A DNA stretch of 63,876 nucleotides, counting the filler, from Caldilineae bacterium (GTDB lineage: Bacteria > Chloroflexota > Anaerolineae > DTLA01): NCBI GenBank assembly GCA_037446815.1. It is 9 parts of 9 records of this genome, joined end to end, with 100 filler letters (N's around TTAATTAATTAA, not from the genome) between each part and the next. Parts side by side here need not be neighbours in the genome. Positions count along the whole stretch, not along the records: positions 1 to 7,129 come from JBBIHX010000149.1; positions 7,230 to 14,326 come from JBBIHX010000150.1; 7 more parts are not named here. One strand, written 5' to 3'. Each line of letters begins with the position of its first letter. The first letter of the stretch is position 1. A program made the translations under genes and the position numbers. The notes beneath the pieces were generated by a model. The model searched no databases, was not told where the DNA came from, and saw nothing but the letters and a program-made list of their open reading frames with translations. Below are positions 1 through 9,486 of this stretch, piece by piece.

Positions 1-80
1 GGCGTGAGGTTGCTTCGCTTCGCTCGCAACGACACACGAGGAGAGTGTCCATGCGCTTCACCAACACAAGATAGAACCGA
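1..80. repeat. Intergenic REP-like repeat module (GCTTCGCTTCGCTCGCAA(C/T)GACACACGAGGAGAGTG...CACAAGAT(A/G)GAACCG)
   Basis: Near-identical copies at about 14240-14326 (reverse), 29030-29150 (reverse), 49897-49946 (reverse), 58865-58935 and 63710-63780. Confidence 0.85.
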
Positions 81-118
81 GTCTCGGTGCTGGGGGATTA
101 TGCGCATTGCCCCGCGTG

Positions 119-127
119 TGCTATAAT
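119..127 (+). promoter_or_regulatory. Extended -10 promoter element (TGcTATAAT) for the msmX-like gene
   Basis: Perfect TGnTATAAT in GC-rich DNA, about 235 nt upstream of the ATG. The same motif recurs at 21951 and 29210 upstream of genes. Confidence 0.6.
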
Positions 128-362
128 ACGCCCGTAGTCGTCCTATCCGTGTTACACCGAGTGGCAACGGAAAGGGGGGATGCGTACCGCGTGCGCTAGC
201 CGATTCCACATCTGTTACGAGGTTTGTGCTTTGGGTCTGGGAAAGCGGTTTTGGCCTTGCGCCCGCGCGATGCGCCTGCATCGGCGACCGAACAGTTCTG
301 TTTCCCATGACCTCACCTTCGTGGGCATTGGCCCAAGAATATTGTGAACAGGAGATTGCCTC

Positions 363-1463
363 ATGGCAAGCGTAACCTATGAGCACGTTACGAAGCGATT
401 CGGCGACGTGATCGCCGTCAACGACCTCTCGCTGGAAGTCCGAGACAAGGAGTTCCTCGTCCTGGTGGGCCCCTCGGGCTGCGGCAAGACTACGGCGCTG
501 CGCCTGCTCGCCGGCCTGGAGGAGATTACCGAGGGCAAGATTTACATCGGCGACCGCCTGGTCAACGACGTGGCGCCCAAGGACCGCGATATCGCCATGG
601 TGTTCCAGTCCTACGCGCTGTACCCGCACATGAGCGTGTACGACAATATGGCGTTCGGGCTGAAACTCCGCAAGACGCCCAAATCGGAGATTGACCGTCG
701 CGTCAAGGAGGCGGCGGCCATCCTCGGCATTGAGCAGTTGTTGGACCGCAAGCCGAAGCAGTTGTCGGGCGGCCAGCGGCAGCGCGTGGCCCTGGGCCGC
801 GCCATCGTCCGCGAGCCAAAGGTCTTCCTCATGGACGAGCCGCTATCCAACCTGGACGCGAAACTGCGCGTGCAGACCCGCGCGGAACTGTCCAAACTGC
901 ACCAGCGGTTGCAGACCACGTTCATCTACGTAACCCACGACCAGATGGAAGCCATGACCATGGGCACGCGCATCGCCGTGCTGAAGGACGGCATCCTGCA
1001 GCAACTGGACACGCCGCAGAACCTGTACGACAAGCCCGACAACGTGTTCGTGGCCGGCTTCATCGGCAGCCCGGCGATGAACTTCTTTGACGCGACGCTG
1101 GTGGGTACCAAAGAGGATATGTACATTGACACCGGCTCGTTCCGGGTCAGAGTGCCGCAAGATCGCCTGCCTGTGCTTGCGCCGCACCTGGGCAAAGAGG
1201 TCATCTTCGGCATTCGGCCCGATAACGTCCACGACCCCGAGTTCGCGCCGCCCGGCATCAACCCGGCGCGCGTTCCCGCCAAGGTGGACGTAACCGAGTT
1301 GATGGGCAACGAGGTGTTCGTGTACCTCGTAACGGGCAAGCATTCGTACGTTGCCCGTGTGGATCCGCGAACCCATATGCGCGTGGGCCAGGATGTGGAA
1401 GTGGCGTTTGACATGGATCACATCCACATCTTTGACAAGGCGACGGAGCAAGCCATTCGGTAG
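363..1463 (+). CDS. msmX: Sugar ABC transporter ATP-binding subunit (MsmX/MalK/UgpC family)
   Basis: Walker A GPSGCGKT, VFQSYALYPHM, signature LSGGQRQR, Walker B FLMDEP, H-loop YVTHDQ, C-terminal TOBE region. RBS AGGAG. Confidence 0.95.
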   Translation: MASVTYEHVTKRFGDVIAVNDLSLEVRDKEFLVLVGPSGCGKTTALRLLAGLEEITEGKIYIGDRLVNDVAPKDRDIAMVFQSYALYPHMSVYDNMAFGLKLRKTPKSEIDRRVKEAAAILGIEQLLDRKPKQLSGGQRQRVALGRAIVREPKVFLMDEPLSNLDAKLRVQTRAELSKLHQRLQTTFIYVTHDQMEAMTMGTRIAVLKDGILQQLDTPQNLYDKPDNVFVAGFIGSPAMNFFDATLVGTKEDMYIDTGSFRVRVPQDRLPVLAPHLGKEVIFGIRPDNVHDPEFAPPGINPARVPAKVDVTELMGNEVFVYLVTGKHSYVARVDPRTHMRVGQDVEVAFDMDHIHIFDKATEQAIR

Positions 1464-1488
1464 CCCGCGCAGATGACGCACAACCTGC

Positions 1489-1524
1489 GGAGAAGGGTGG
1501 CGCCTCACAGGCCCACCCTTCTCC
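1489..1524 (+). terminator. Hairpin after msmX (probable terminator)
   Basis: 12-bp stem GGAGAAGGGTGG/CCACCCTTCTCC about 25 nt after the stop; weak U-tail. Confidence 0.55.
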
Positions 1525-1581
1525 TGTGAAGTGGGACGGAAAAGCCGCCCTGCTGCACCTTTTCGCAAGCGGAGAGAACAC

Positions 1582-2787
1582 ATGAACGAATTGGATTGGA
1601 TTCACGAACTGGCCCAGCCGGCCAACACAAAGATTCTCATGCTCATCCTGGACGGGCTGGGGGGGCTTCCCCTGACTGTTAACGGCCTCACGGAACTGGA
1701 AGCGGCCCACACGCCCAACATGGACAGGCTTGCGCGGGAGGGCATCTGCGGGCTAAGCGAGCCGGTGGGGCCGGGCATCACGCCTGGAAGCGGCCCCGGC
1801 CACCTGGCGCTGTTCGGCTACGACCCGATGCAGTATGTCATCGGGCGCGGTGTGCTGGAGGCGCTGGGCATCGGGTTCCCGCTGGAGAAGCACGATGTGG
1901 CGGCCCGCGGCAACTTCTGCACGCTGGACGCCGACGGCAACATCACCGACCGCCGTGCCGGGCGCATCCCCACCGAGAAATGCCGCGAGTTGGTGGAAAT
2001 TCTGCGGCAGATTCGGCTCCCCGGCGTGGAGGTCTTCGTGGAGCCGGTGCAGGATTACCGTTTCGTGTTGGTTTTGCGGGGCGAGGGCCTGTCGCCGCAC
2101 CTGAGCGAGACCGACCCGCAGAAGGTGGGCGTGCCGCCGCTGCCGGTGCACGCGCTGTCGGACGATGCCCAAGCCACCGCGGACTTGGTGAACCGGTGGG
2201 TGGCCGATGCGCGCAAACTCCTGGCCGACCAGCACCCGGCCAACGGGCTGACGCTGCGCGGGTTCGCCAAGGACCCGGCCCTGCCCTCCATGGGGCAGAT
2301 TTACGGCCTGCGCTGCGCGGCCATCGCTACCTATCCCATGTATCGCGGGCTGGCGAAACTGGTGGGCATGGATATTCTGAAAACCGGCGAGACCGTGGAA
2401 GATGAGATTGAAACGCTCAGGGCCAATTGGGCCAAGTACGATTTCTTCTACCTCCATGTCAAGAAGACGGACTCGGCGGGCGAGGACGGGGATTTTGACC
2501 GCAAGCGCGAGATCATTGAGCATGTGGACGAACTGGTGCCGCAGATGATGGCGCTGAATCCCGACGTGGTCATCATCAGCGGGGATCATTCCACGCCCGC
2601 GCTGCTGAAGAGCCACTCGTGGCACCCCGTGCCGACGGTCATTTGGTCGCGCTACTGCCGCACCGACGGCGTGGACACCTTCGGCGAGCGGGCGTGCGCG
2701 CGGGGGGCGCTGGGCGTCTTCCCGGCCAAGCACATCATGCGGCTGGCGATGGCCAACGCCTTGCGGCTGGCGAAGTACGGGGCTTGA
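1582..2787 (+). CDS. apgM: 2,3-bisphosphoglycerate-independent phosphoglycerate mutase (ApgM family)
   Basis: ILDGLG, TPGSGPGHLALFGY, AARGNF, HVKKTDSAGEDG, GDHSTP...HSWHPVP metalloenzyme motifs. ATG 1582 follows GGAGAG. Confidence 0.92.
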   Translation: MNELDWIHELAQPANTKILMLILDGLGGLPLTVNGLTELEAAHTPNMDRLAREGICGLSEPVGPGITPGSGPGHLALFGYDPMQYVIGRGVLEALGIGFPLEKHDVAARGNFCTLDADGNITDRRAGRIPTEKCRELVEILRQIRLPGVEVFVEPVQDYRFVLVLRGEGLSPHLSETDPQKVGVPPLPVHALSDDAQATADLVNRWVADARKLLADQHPANGLTLRGFAKDPALPSMGQIYGLRCAAIATYPMYRGLAKLVGMDILKTGETVEDEIETLRANWAKYDFFYLHVKKTDSAGEDGDFDRKREIIEHVDELVPQMMALNPDVVIISGDHSTPALLKSHSWHPVPTVIWSRYCRTDGVDTFGERACARGALGVFPAKHIMRLAMANALRLAKYGA

Positions 2788-2791
2788 AACG

Positions 2792-2820
2792 ATGCGACGC
2801 GCCTGCGAGGTGCGTCGCAT
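2792..2820. repeat. Palindromic repeat (TGCGACGC...GCGTCGCA) between convergent genes
   Basis: Same palindrome family at about 21353, 28929, 50102, 59240 and 62713. Confidence 0.8.
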
Positions 2821-2899
2821 CTTCTCCCAATGCTACATAATGACCACGGGCAGATAGACCCGATTGTTCGCGCGCGGCGGCGTTGTTGTGGAAGTGGGC

Positions 2900-4060
2900 C
2901 TATCCATGCCGTTCCATGAAGCGGCGCATCCGCTCCAGGGCCTCCTCAATCTTCTCCAGCGAGGTGGCGTAGGAGATGCGGACGAACCCCTCGCCGCACG
3001 CGCCGAAGGCTGTCCCCGGAATCAGCGCCACATGCTCTTCTTCCAGTAGGCGGTTGGCGAATTCGTCCGACGTCATGCCGCTGGCGCGGATGGACGGGAA
3101 GGCGTAGAACGCGCCGTGCGGCTCGCAGCAGGTCAGGCCGATGGCGTTGAGGCCGGAGACCACGACCTTGCGCCGGCGATCGTACTCGGCGCGCATGCGC
3201 TGCACCTCCGGCTCGCCACTGCGCAGCGCCTCCAACGCGGCGTACTGCGCCGGCGTGGGCGCGGACATGATGATGTACTGGTGCATTTTGCGCATGCCCG
3301 CGATGATCTCCGCGGGGCCGACGGCATACCCCAACCGCCAGCCGGTCATGGCGTAGGCTTTGGAGAACCCTTGGAGCACGACGGTGCGCTCCCGCATCCC
3401 GGGCAGCGAGGCGAAGCACGTGTGTTCCACGCCGTACACCAGGCGGTCGTAGATTTCGTCGGAGATGACGAGCAGGTCGCGCTCTTCCACGAGGCGGGCG
3501 ATTTCCAGCAGGCGCTCGCGGCTCATCACCGCGCCTGTGGGGTTGTTCGGATAGCCGAGGAGGATGGCTTTGGTGCGCGGCGTGATGGCCCTGGCGATGT
3601 CGGCGGCGGAGGTTTGGAAGCCGTTCTCCACCCTGGTGCACAGGCTGACCGGCACGCCACCGGCGAAGACGACCGCGGGGGCATACGCCACGAAGCAGGG
3701 CGTGGGGATGATGACCTCGTCGCCTGGGTCAATCAGGGCGGACATGGCCAGGTGCAGCGCCTCGGAGACCCCAACGGTGATGAGGATTTCGCTCTCGGCG
3801 TTGTAGCGAACGCCGTACAGCCGCGCGATGTTGTCGCTGATGGCCTGGCGGAGTTCCAGGATGCCGGAGTTGGATGTGTAGTGCGTCTCGCCGAGTTGCA
3901 GGGAGCGGATGCCGGCCTCGGTGATGGCGGGCGGCGTAACGAAGTCGGGCTCGCCGATGCCCAAGGAGATAACGTCCTTCATGGTCGCGGCGATGTCAAA
4001 GAATCTGCGAATCCCCGACGGGGGGACGGACACGACCCGTTGTGCCAACACGTTCTTCAT
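2900..4060 (-). CDS. PLP-dependent aminotransferase class I/II
   Basis: LGIGEPDF, PNNPTG, SDEIY, GFSKAYAMTGWRLG (PLP Lys), FVRISYA. ATG 4060 follows GGAGG. Confidence 0.93.
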   Translation of the reverse strand: MKNVLAQRVVSVPPSGIRRFFDIAATMKDVISLGIGEPDFVTPPAITEAGIRSLQLGETHYTSNSGILELRQAISDNIARLYGVRYNAESEILITVGVSEALHLAMSALIDPGDEVIIPTPCFVAYAPAVVFAGGVPVSLCTRVENGFQTSAADIARAITPRTKAILLGYPNNPTGAVMSRERLLEIARLVEERDLLVISDEIYDRLVYGVEHTCFASLPGMRERTVVLQGFSKAYAMTGWRLGYAVGPAEIIAGMRKMHQYIIMSAPTPAQYAALEALRSGEPEVQRMRAEYDRRRKVVVSGLNAIGLTCCEPHGAFYAFPSIRASGMTSDEFANRLLEEEHVALIPGTAFGACGEGFVRISYATSLEKIEEALERMRRFMERHG

Positions 4061-4123
4061 TGAACTTTCCTCCTGACGGCGGTCTAGTATTGAGTCATTG
4101 CATGGCGAGGGCGGCACGCGCGT

Positions 4124-4357
4124 TCACGCCTCCTCCGCCCGAATGTACCATTGGTCTAGCGCCTCGTCGTAGATAAGCGTGGCGTCCGCGCCATCGGCCA
4201 GGCGCACCCGAAAGGCGGGGCCTTGGGGCTCGCGCCAGCGCCGCAGCACCGCCACGACTTCAGCGCGGCCCTCGGGGCCTTCCACGGCGCGCGGCTCCTG
4301 GGCGTACTGATAGCCCGAGTAGCACTCCACCCGAACGGGTCTATTCGTCGTAGCCAT
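4124..4357 (-). CDS. Small conserved hypothetical protein (VECYSGY...EPR...RWREP...FRV...LIYD...W)
   Basis: 77-aa ORF overlapping the 3' end of the upstream gene in operon orientation. Resembles short DUF6504-like proteins (recalled, not searched). Confidence 0.6.
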   Translation of the reverse strand: MATTNRPVRVECYSGYQYAQEPRAVEGPEGRAEVVAVLRRWREPQGPAFRVRLADGADATLIYDEALDQWYIRAEEA

Positions 4358-5339
4358 GGCCGGTGGCGTCCACAAGCGACGAGTCGCCCACGTTCAACTG
4401 GTCGTAGGAGCCCCGCACGTGGGCGTTGTCGCCGATAATGGACAGGTTGAGCATGGCGTCCTCAATGCACGCGCCCGCGTTGATGATGGAGTCCTTGATG
4501 ATGGAGCGGCGGACAACCGCGCCCTCGGCGATGGTTACGTAGGGGCCGATGACCGAATGCTCCACCTTGGCCGAGTCGGCGATGTACACGGGGGGCACGA
4601 TGATGCTGTCTCGGGAGCCGCCGACCCGCCCGCCGGTCTTGGTGAGGAGGTAGCGGTTGGTTTGGAGCACGGCCTCGGGCTTGCCGCAGTCTTCCCACAC
4701 GTCCACGGTTACGGGGATGAACTTGGCGCCGTCGTCAATCATCAGTTGCAGGGCGTCGGCCAGGTAGTATTCGCCTTTGGTCTTGATGTCGCGCCGCAGG
4801 AGTTCGCCGACGGCATCGCGAAGCCGCTCGCCCTCGCGGATGTAGTAGGCTCCGATGACGGCCAGGTTGGACACGGGATCCTTGGGCTTCTCCACCACGC
4901 GGGCAACGTAGCGCTGCTCCTCGTCCAGAATGGCGATGCCGAAGCGCCGAGGGTCTTCCACCTCCTTGACATAAAAGATTCCATCGCAGTCTGTGGGCAG
5001 GCGCGACAGGTCGGCCTCAAAGATGGTATCCACGAAGATGACGAGAAGGGGGCCGGTCAGGTGCTCGCGGGCAAGGTGCAGCGCGTGGGCCTGGCCCTTG
5101 AGTTCTTTCTGCTCCACATAGTGGGCGCGGACGTTGTAATGCTCGGCGACGTACTTCTGAATCTGCTCGCCCAGATGGCCCACGATGAAGACCATCTCTT
5201 CCACGCCCACGCTCACGAGGGGATCCAGGATGTGGGCAAGCACCGGCTTGCCCGCCACGTTGACCAGCGGCTTGGGCTTGGTGAAGGTGTGGGGGCGCAG
5301 CCGCGTGCCAAACCCCGCCAGTGGAATCACGACTTTCAT
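4341..5339 (-). CDS. Sugar-phosphate nucleotidyltransferase (long-form glucose-1-phosphate thymidylyltransferase-like)
   Basis: AGFGTRLRPHT..PKPL, VEKP, GEYYLADA, WEDCG, C-terminal hexapeptide region. Confidence 0.9.
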   Translation of the reverse strand: MKVVIPLAGFGTRLRPHTFTKPKPLVNVAGKPVLAHILDPLVSVGVEEMVFIVGHLGEQIQKYVAEHYNVRAHYVEQKELKGQAHALHLAREHLTGPLLVIFVDTIFEADLSRLPTDCDGIFYVKEVEDPRRFGIAILDEEQRYVARVVEKPKDPVSNLAVIGAYYIREGERLRDAVGELLRRDIKTKGEYYLADALQLMIDDGAKFIPVTVDVWEDCGKPEAVLQTNRYLLTKTGGRVGGSRDSIIVPPVYIADSAKVEHSVIGPYVTIAEGAVVRRSIIKDSIINAGACIEDAMLNLSIIGDNAHVRGSYDQLNVGDSSLVDATGHGYDE

Positions 5340-5345
5340 GGCCGT

Positions 5346-6830
5346 TCAGACCTCCTTGTCCAGATTCGGCTTTCGCGTATGCCAATCGGTAGCCTGCTCG
5401 TAGGCATAGGCTACTCGCAACACGGTGGGTTCGTCAAATGCGTTGCCGATGATTTGCAGGCCGACCGGCAGCCCATCGGCGAATCCACAGGGCACGGATA
5501 TTCCACACACGCCGGCCAGCGAGGCCGCCAGCGTGAACACGTCGGACAGGTACATCTGCAGGGGGTCTTGGGCGCGCGCCCCGATGGGGAACGCGACCGT
5601 GGGCGACACGGGGCACGCGATGACGTCCACCTGTTGGAAGGCGCGGTCAAAGTCGCGGCGGATGAGCGTGCGGGTCTGCTGGGCGCGCAGGTAGTACGCG
5701 TCGTAGTATCCGGCGGACAGGGCATAGGTGCCCAGCATGATGCGGCGCTTGACCTCGGCGCCGAACCCCTGGCCGCGCGTCTGCCGAATCATGTCCCACA
5801 CGTCGCCGCCCTCGCGCACCGACAGGCCGTATTTCACGCCGTCGTACCGGGCCAGGTTGGCCGAGGCCTCGGCAGGGGCGATGAGGTAGTAGGTGGGCAG
5901 TGCGTATTCCGTGTGCGGCAGCGACACGTCCACCAGGATGGCGCCCAAGTCCTCCAGGATGCCCAGGGCTGCCTTCACCGCGTCGGCCACGCCTGCCTGC
6001 ACTCCCTCCACGAAGTACTCCCTGGGCACGCCAACGCGAAGGCCGCGGATTTCGCCTTCCAGCGCGGCGAGGTAGTCGGGCACGGGCCTGTTCACCGATG
6101 TGGAGTCGCGCGGATCGTGGCCCGCAATGGCCTGGAGCAGGAGCGCGCAGCCGCGCACGTCCTTGGCAAGAGGCCCCACCTGATCTAGGGAGGACGCGAA
6201 GGCGACTAGCCCCCAGCGGGACACGCGCCCGTAGGTGGGCTTCAGCCCGACGACGCCGCACAACGCGGCGGGTTGGCGCACGCTCCCGCCCGTGTCGGAG
6301 CCCAGCGCGCCGAGGGCCATGTCGGCCGCTACTGCTGCCGCGCTCCCTCCGCTGCTGCCGCCGGGCACCCGCGACAAGTCCCACGGGTTGCGCGTGGTGA
6401 AGTAGGCGGAGTTCTCGGTGGATGACCCCATGGCGAACTCGTCGGTGTTGGTCTTGCCCAGGATGATGGCACCCTGTGCCTTGAGCCGCTCCACGACCGC
6501 GGCGTCGTAGGGCGGGACGAAGTTGTGGAGGATGCGCGAGCCGCACGTGGTGGGGATGCCGCGCGTGCACAGGATGTCCTTGATGGCGAGGGGGATTCCC
6601 ATCAGGCGCGGAGGCGGGGGGCCGCCCTCCCTGCGCCAGCGCAGGAACGACGCATCGGCTGCCTGCGCCTGCTGCACGGCGGCCTCGGGCTCCACGCGCA
6701 GGTACGCGCGGATGCGCGGGTCGAGGCGCTCAATGCGCCGCAGGACGGCCCGCGTGAGTTCCGCCGAGGACAGGTCGCCCGCGCGTAGCCGTTCGGCCGC
6801 CTCGTGGATGGTGAGGGCGCAGGGGTCCAC
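5346..6830 (-). CDS. gatA: Asp/Glu-tRNA amidotransferase subunit A
   Basis: [58 protein letters not shown]. Confidence 0.97.
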   Translation of the reverse strand: MDPCALTIHEAAERLRAGDLSSAELTRAVLRRIERLDPRIRAYLRVEPEAAVQQAQAADASFLRWRREGGPPPPRLMGIPLAIKDILCTRGIPTTCGSRILHNFVPPYDAAVVERLKAQGAIILGKTNTDEFAMGSSTENSAYFTTRNPWDLSRVPGGSSGGSAAAVAADMALGALGSDTGGSVRQPAALCGVVGLKPTYGRVSRWGLVAFASSLDQVGPLAKDVRGCALLLQAIAGHDPRDSTSVNRPVPDYLAALEGEIRGLRVGVPREYFVEGVQAGVADAVKAALGILEDLGAILVDVSLPHTEYALPTYYLIAPAEASANLARYDGVKYGLSVREGGDVWDMIRQTRGQGFGAEVKRRIMLGTYALSAGYYDAYYLRAQQTRTLIRRDFDRAFQQVDVIACPVSPTVAFPIGARAQDPLQMYLSDVFTLAASLAGVCGISVPCGFADGLPVGLQIIGNAFDEPTVLRVAYAYEQATDWHTRKPNLDKEV

Positions 6831-6834
6831 GGCA

Positions 6835-7122
6835 TCACTCCAGGATGGGGCGCACGCGAATCAGCCCGTCTCGGTGGTCGGGCGCGTTGGCGAGGATGTC
6901 GTCGCGCGGGTACGACGCGGTTGGCTCGTCCTCGCGGGTGATGTTGGTGATGTCGGCGGCGTGGGACATGGGGGGCACGCCGTCCAGGTCCAGTTGCTGG
7001 AGCATGTCGGCGTAGTCCAGGATGGCGGACAACTGCTCGCAGTACCGTTCGGCCTCTTCACGGGTCAGGCTGAGTTTCGCCAGTTCGGCGATATGTTGCA
7101 CCTGCTGCACGGAAAGCGGCAT
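6835..7122 (-). CDS. gatC: Asp/Glu-tRNA amidotransferase subunit C
   Basis: [32 protein letters not shown]. Directly upstream of gatA. Confidence 0.95.
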   Translation of the reverse strand: MPLSVQQVQHIAELAKLSLTREEAERYCEQLSAILDYADMLQQLDLDGVPPMSHAADITNITREDEPTASYPRDDILANAPDHRDGLIRVRPILE

Positions 7123-7129
7123 TGGCTCA

Positions 7130-7229
7130 NNNNNNNNNNNNNNNNNNNNNNNNNNNNNNNNNNNNNNNNNNNNTTAATTAATTAANNNNNNNNNNNNNNN
7201 NNNNNNNNNNNNNNNNNNNNNNNNNNNNN
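7130..7229. other. Artificial contig linker
   Basis: 44 N + TTAATTAATTAA (stops in all frames) + 44 N. Confidence 0.98.
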
Positions 7230-7420
7230 AATGCACGCGAATAGGGGAACGGTATCCACGGATAGCGCGGATTGCGCGGGTAGGTGAGGTGTGTCCGCGG
7301 GCCAGAGATTCTTCGGCGCTTCGCGCCTCAGAATGACAGTTCGGGGGCGGCTTCGGGCGCTACGCGCCCTCGCAATGACAGCCTCGCAACCGCAAATAGC
7401 GCGAATCCACGCGAACAAAC
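7230..7420. repeat. Intergenic repeat mosaic (9-mer CACGCGAAT/CACGGAT units plus AGATTCTTCG...CAGAATGACA modules)
   Basis: Modules shared with the other intergenic clusters; lies at a contig end. Confidence 0.75.
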
Positions 7421-7427
7421 CGCGGGG

Positions 7428-8990
7428 TTACAGCCTCTGGCGGAGATGGCGGGGGTAGTGATTCTTCAGCGTGTCGCCGACGCGGAATCCCCAGCCAATG
7501 GGGAAGCCGTCCACGCCGACGAGAACCCAGCCGGGCTCGCCCGGAGCCTTGAGGGACTCGCCCCGCAGGTATGCGTGAATCTCGTCGCTCGCCGCCGAGA
7601 GGGAGAGGTGCTGGCGGGCGTCGGTCAGCCGGAGGCCCATGGCCAGCGCGTGGCTTGGGACAAAGCGGCCACCGCGCATCTCGCCCACGTGCCAGCCGGG
7701 CCACGGCACGCGCACAGCGGGCAGCGTGGGGCAGGCGCGGTCGGCGAGAAAGACGCGATCGCCCAGGCGAATGGCCGCCCCGTCGGGGACGTGGGCCAGG
7801 GAGGCATCGGAGAAGTCCCGCCAGGCTTGCGCGGCAGCGGCATCCTCGGCCCAGTGGGGCGGGCGGGCGACCGTCGGGGGTTCGTCCATTCGCCGCATGA
7901 CGGCGACGAAGTGGCCGTCGCCCGCGACTCTGTGCGGCCAGAGCCGGATGGCGCGCTCCAATGGGAGCCTACGACCCTCGGGCAGGGAGCACCAGTCGCC
8001 GCGCCCCTCGCCCTGGACGCCGGGCAGGCGGACCGGCGCCAACTCGTAGTTCGGGTGGGATAGCAGGAAGTGGGCGATGACATCCTCGTTCTCTTCGGGG
8101 CTGAAGGTGCAGGTGGAGTAGACGAGCGTTCCGCCGCCGGTTACCATCTCGGCGGCGCTGTCCAGGATGCGCAATTGCCGCCGTGCGCATCCGGCCACGG
8201 TCTTCGGCGACCAGGCCTGGCGCGCCTCGGCGCTCCGTCGGAACATCCCTTCTTCGGAGCAGGGGGCGTCTACGAGGACGCGGTGGAAGAACGCGGGCAG
8301 GATGGCGGCAAGGCGCTCGGGCGCGTCCGACGCGACGACGGCGTTGCGCGCCCCGAACCGCGCGAGGTTGTCGGCGAGGATGGTGGCTCTTGGGCGCACG
8401 ATGTCGTTGGCCACGAGCAGCCCGTGCCCGTGGAGTCTGGCGGCGATGTGCGTGGCCTTGCCCCCGGGCGCGGCGCACAGGTCCAGGATGCGCTCATCCG
8501 GCTCCGGCGACATGGCTTCCACCACAGCCATGGCCGACGGCTCTTGCAGGTAATACAAGCCTGCTACATGGTACGGGTGCTTGCCTGGCCGCGCGTCGGG
8601 CTCTTGCAGGTAGAATCCGACCGGGGACCAGGGAATGGGCTCCAGCCGCCAACCGGTCAGGGCCTGGAACGCCTCGGGCGTGATCTTGAGCGGGTTGACG
8701 CGCAGGCCGGTCGGGCTTGGCTCGCCTAGCGCATCGCGGAACTCCGGGAATTCAGGCCCGAGCAGGGGTCTGATGCGCTCCAGGAAGGCCTCGGGGATAT
8801 CCCGAACCGCGTGGCGGATGTTACCCGGCCGGCCGGGACGGGCGCGCGGCCTTTCTAGTCCGTTGTCATGCTGAGCCGAAGGCGATACGCCCTCGCCCTT
8901 CGGGAGAGGGCTGGGGTGAGGGGCGAGATTCTTCGCGGCTTCGCCGCTCAGAATGACAGGAGGCGCCGACGGACTCTGGAACCGTGTCAT
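7428..8990 (-). CDS. rsmF: 16S rRNA m5C methyltransferase, RsmF/NOL1 family (start uncertain)
   Basis: YYLQEPSAM, LDLCAAPGGK, DAPCSEEG, YSTCTFSPEENE, C-terminal LKNHYP domain. Homology begins near 8800; the only canonical in-frame start nearby is ATG 8990. Confidence 0.85.
   Translation of the reverse strand: MTRFQSPSAPPVILSGEAAKNLAPHPSPLPKGEGVSPSAQHDNGLERPRARPGRPGNIRHAVRDIPEAFLERIRPLLGPEFPEFRDALGEPSPTGLRVNPLKITPEAFQALTGWRLEPIPWSPVGFYLQEPDARPGKHPYHVAGLYYLQEPSAMAVVEAMSPEPDERILDLCAAPGGKATHIAARLHGHGLLVANDIVRPRATILADNLARFGARNAVVASDAPERLAAILPAFFHRVLVDAPCSEEGMFRRSAEARQAWSPKTVAGCARRQLRILDSAAEMVTGGGTLVYSTCTFSPEENEDVIAHFLLSHPNYELAPVRLPGVQGEGRGDWCSLPEGRRLPLERAIRLWPHRVAGDGHFVAVMRRMDEPPTVARPPHWAEDAAAAQAWRDFSDASLAHVPDGAAIRLGDRVFLADRACPTLPAVRVPWPGWHVGEMRGGRFVPSHALAMGLRLTDARQHLSLSAASDEIHAYLRGESLKAPGEPGWVLVGVDGFPIGWGFRVGDTLKNHYPRHLRQRL
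8864..8958. repeat. 95-nt MITE/REP-like element with TGTCAT(G/T)CTGAGC terminal inverted repeats
   Basis: Terminal inverted repeats with an internal CCCTCACCCCAGCCCTCTCCCGAAGGGCGAGGG hairpin. Near-identical copies at about 17138-17231, 21589-21880, 35676-35744, 42787-42853 and 50047-50100. Confidence 0.85.
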
Positions 8991-8991
8991 C

Positions 8992-9486
8992 TCATGTTGG
9001 GCGGCCTGCCGGCTCGGGGCGCAGCGTCTTGCCGAAGATGATGAGGTCGTCGCCGACGGCATAGAAGTCGTGAATGACGGCCTGGTAGCGGTAGCCGCAG
9101 GCCTCGTAGAATCGGCGCGCAGCCTCGTAGGGGGGCGTTCCGGATGTCTCAACGAGGATCAGGCGGCCATGCTGCGACGCGACGGTGGCCTCCACCTGGT
9201 CCAGGAGCGCGCGGCCGACCCCCCTGCTGCGCGCGTTCGGGTCCACGGCGATCCAGTAGAGGTCCCAGACCCCCTCGGCGAGGGCGTGGGGGCCGAAGCA
9301 GGCATAGCCCAGGACGGCGTCGGCGTCGCGAAACACCAGGAATGCGTACCCGCTCTTCTCACCGAGTTGCAGGTACTGGCTCCACAGTTCGTCCACGCAC
9401 TGGATTTCCGACGGGCTGAAGACCCCAACGCGCGTCGTGATCGCTGCTATGGCTTCCCCGTCTTCGGGTTGGGCGAGACGTATCAT
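8992..9486 (-). CDS. GNAT family N-acetyltransferase
   Basis: WIAVDPNARSRGVGRALL (motif A), LVETSG..Y..ARRFY..CGY. Confidence 0.9.
   Translation of the reverse strand: MIRLAQPEDGEAIAAITTRVGVFSPSEIQCVDELWSQYLQLGEKSGYAFLVFRDADAVLGYACFGPHALAEGVWDLYWIAVDPNARSRGVGRALLDQVEATVASQHGRLILVETSGTPPYEAARRFYEACGYRYQAVIHDFYAVGDDLIIFGKTLRPEPAGRPT

Noticed and set aside
240..252. cre/LacI-like operator GGAAAGCGGTTTT upstream of msmX
   Set aside because: An imperfect palindrome that is equally explained as part of the leader hairpin; too weak to call.
5346..7122. gatCA without adjacent gatB
   Set aside because: Split gat genes are common, and the contig ends just upstream of gatC.
7174..7185. Recurrent TTAATTAATTAA motif
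   Set aside because: Always centred in 44+44 N. It is a standard all-frame-stop joining linker.
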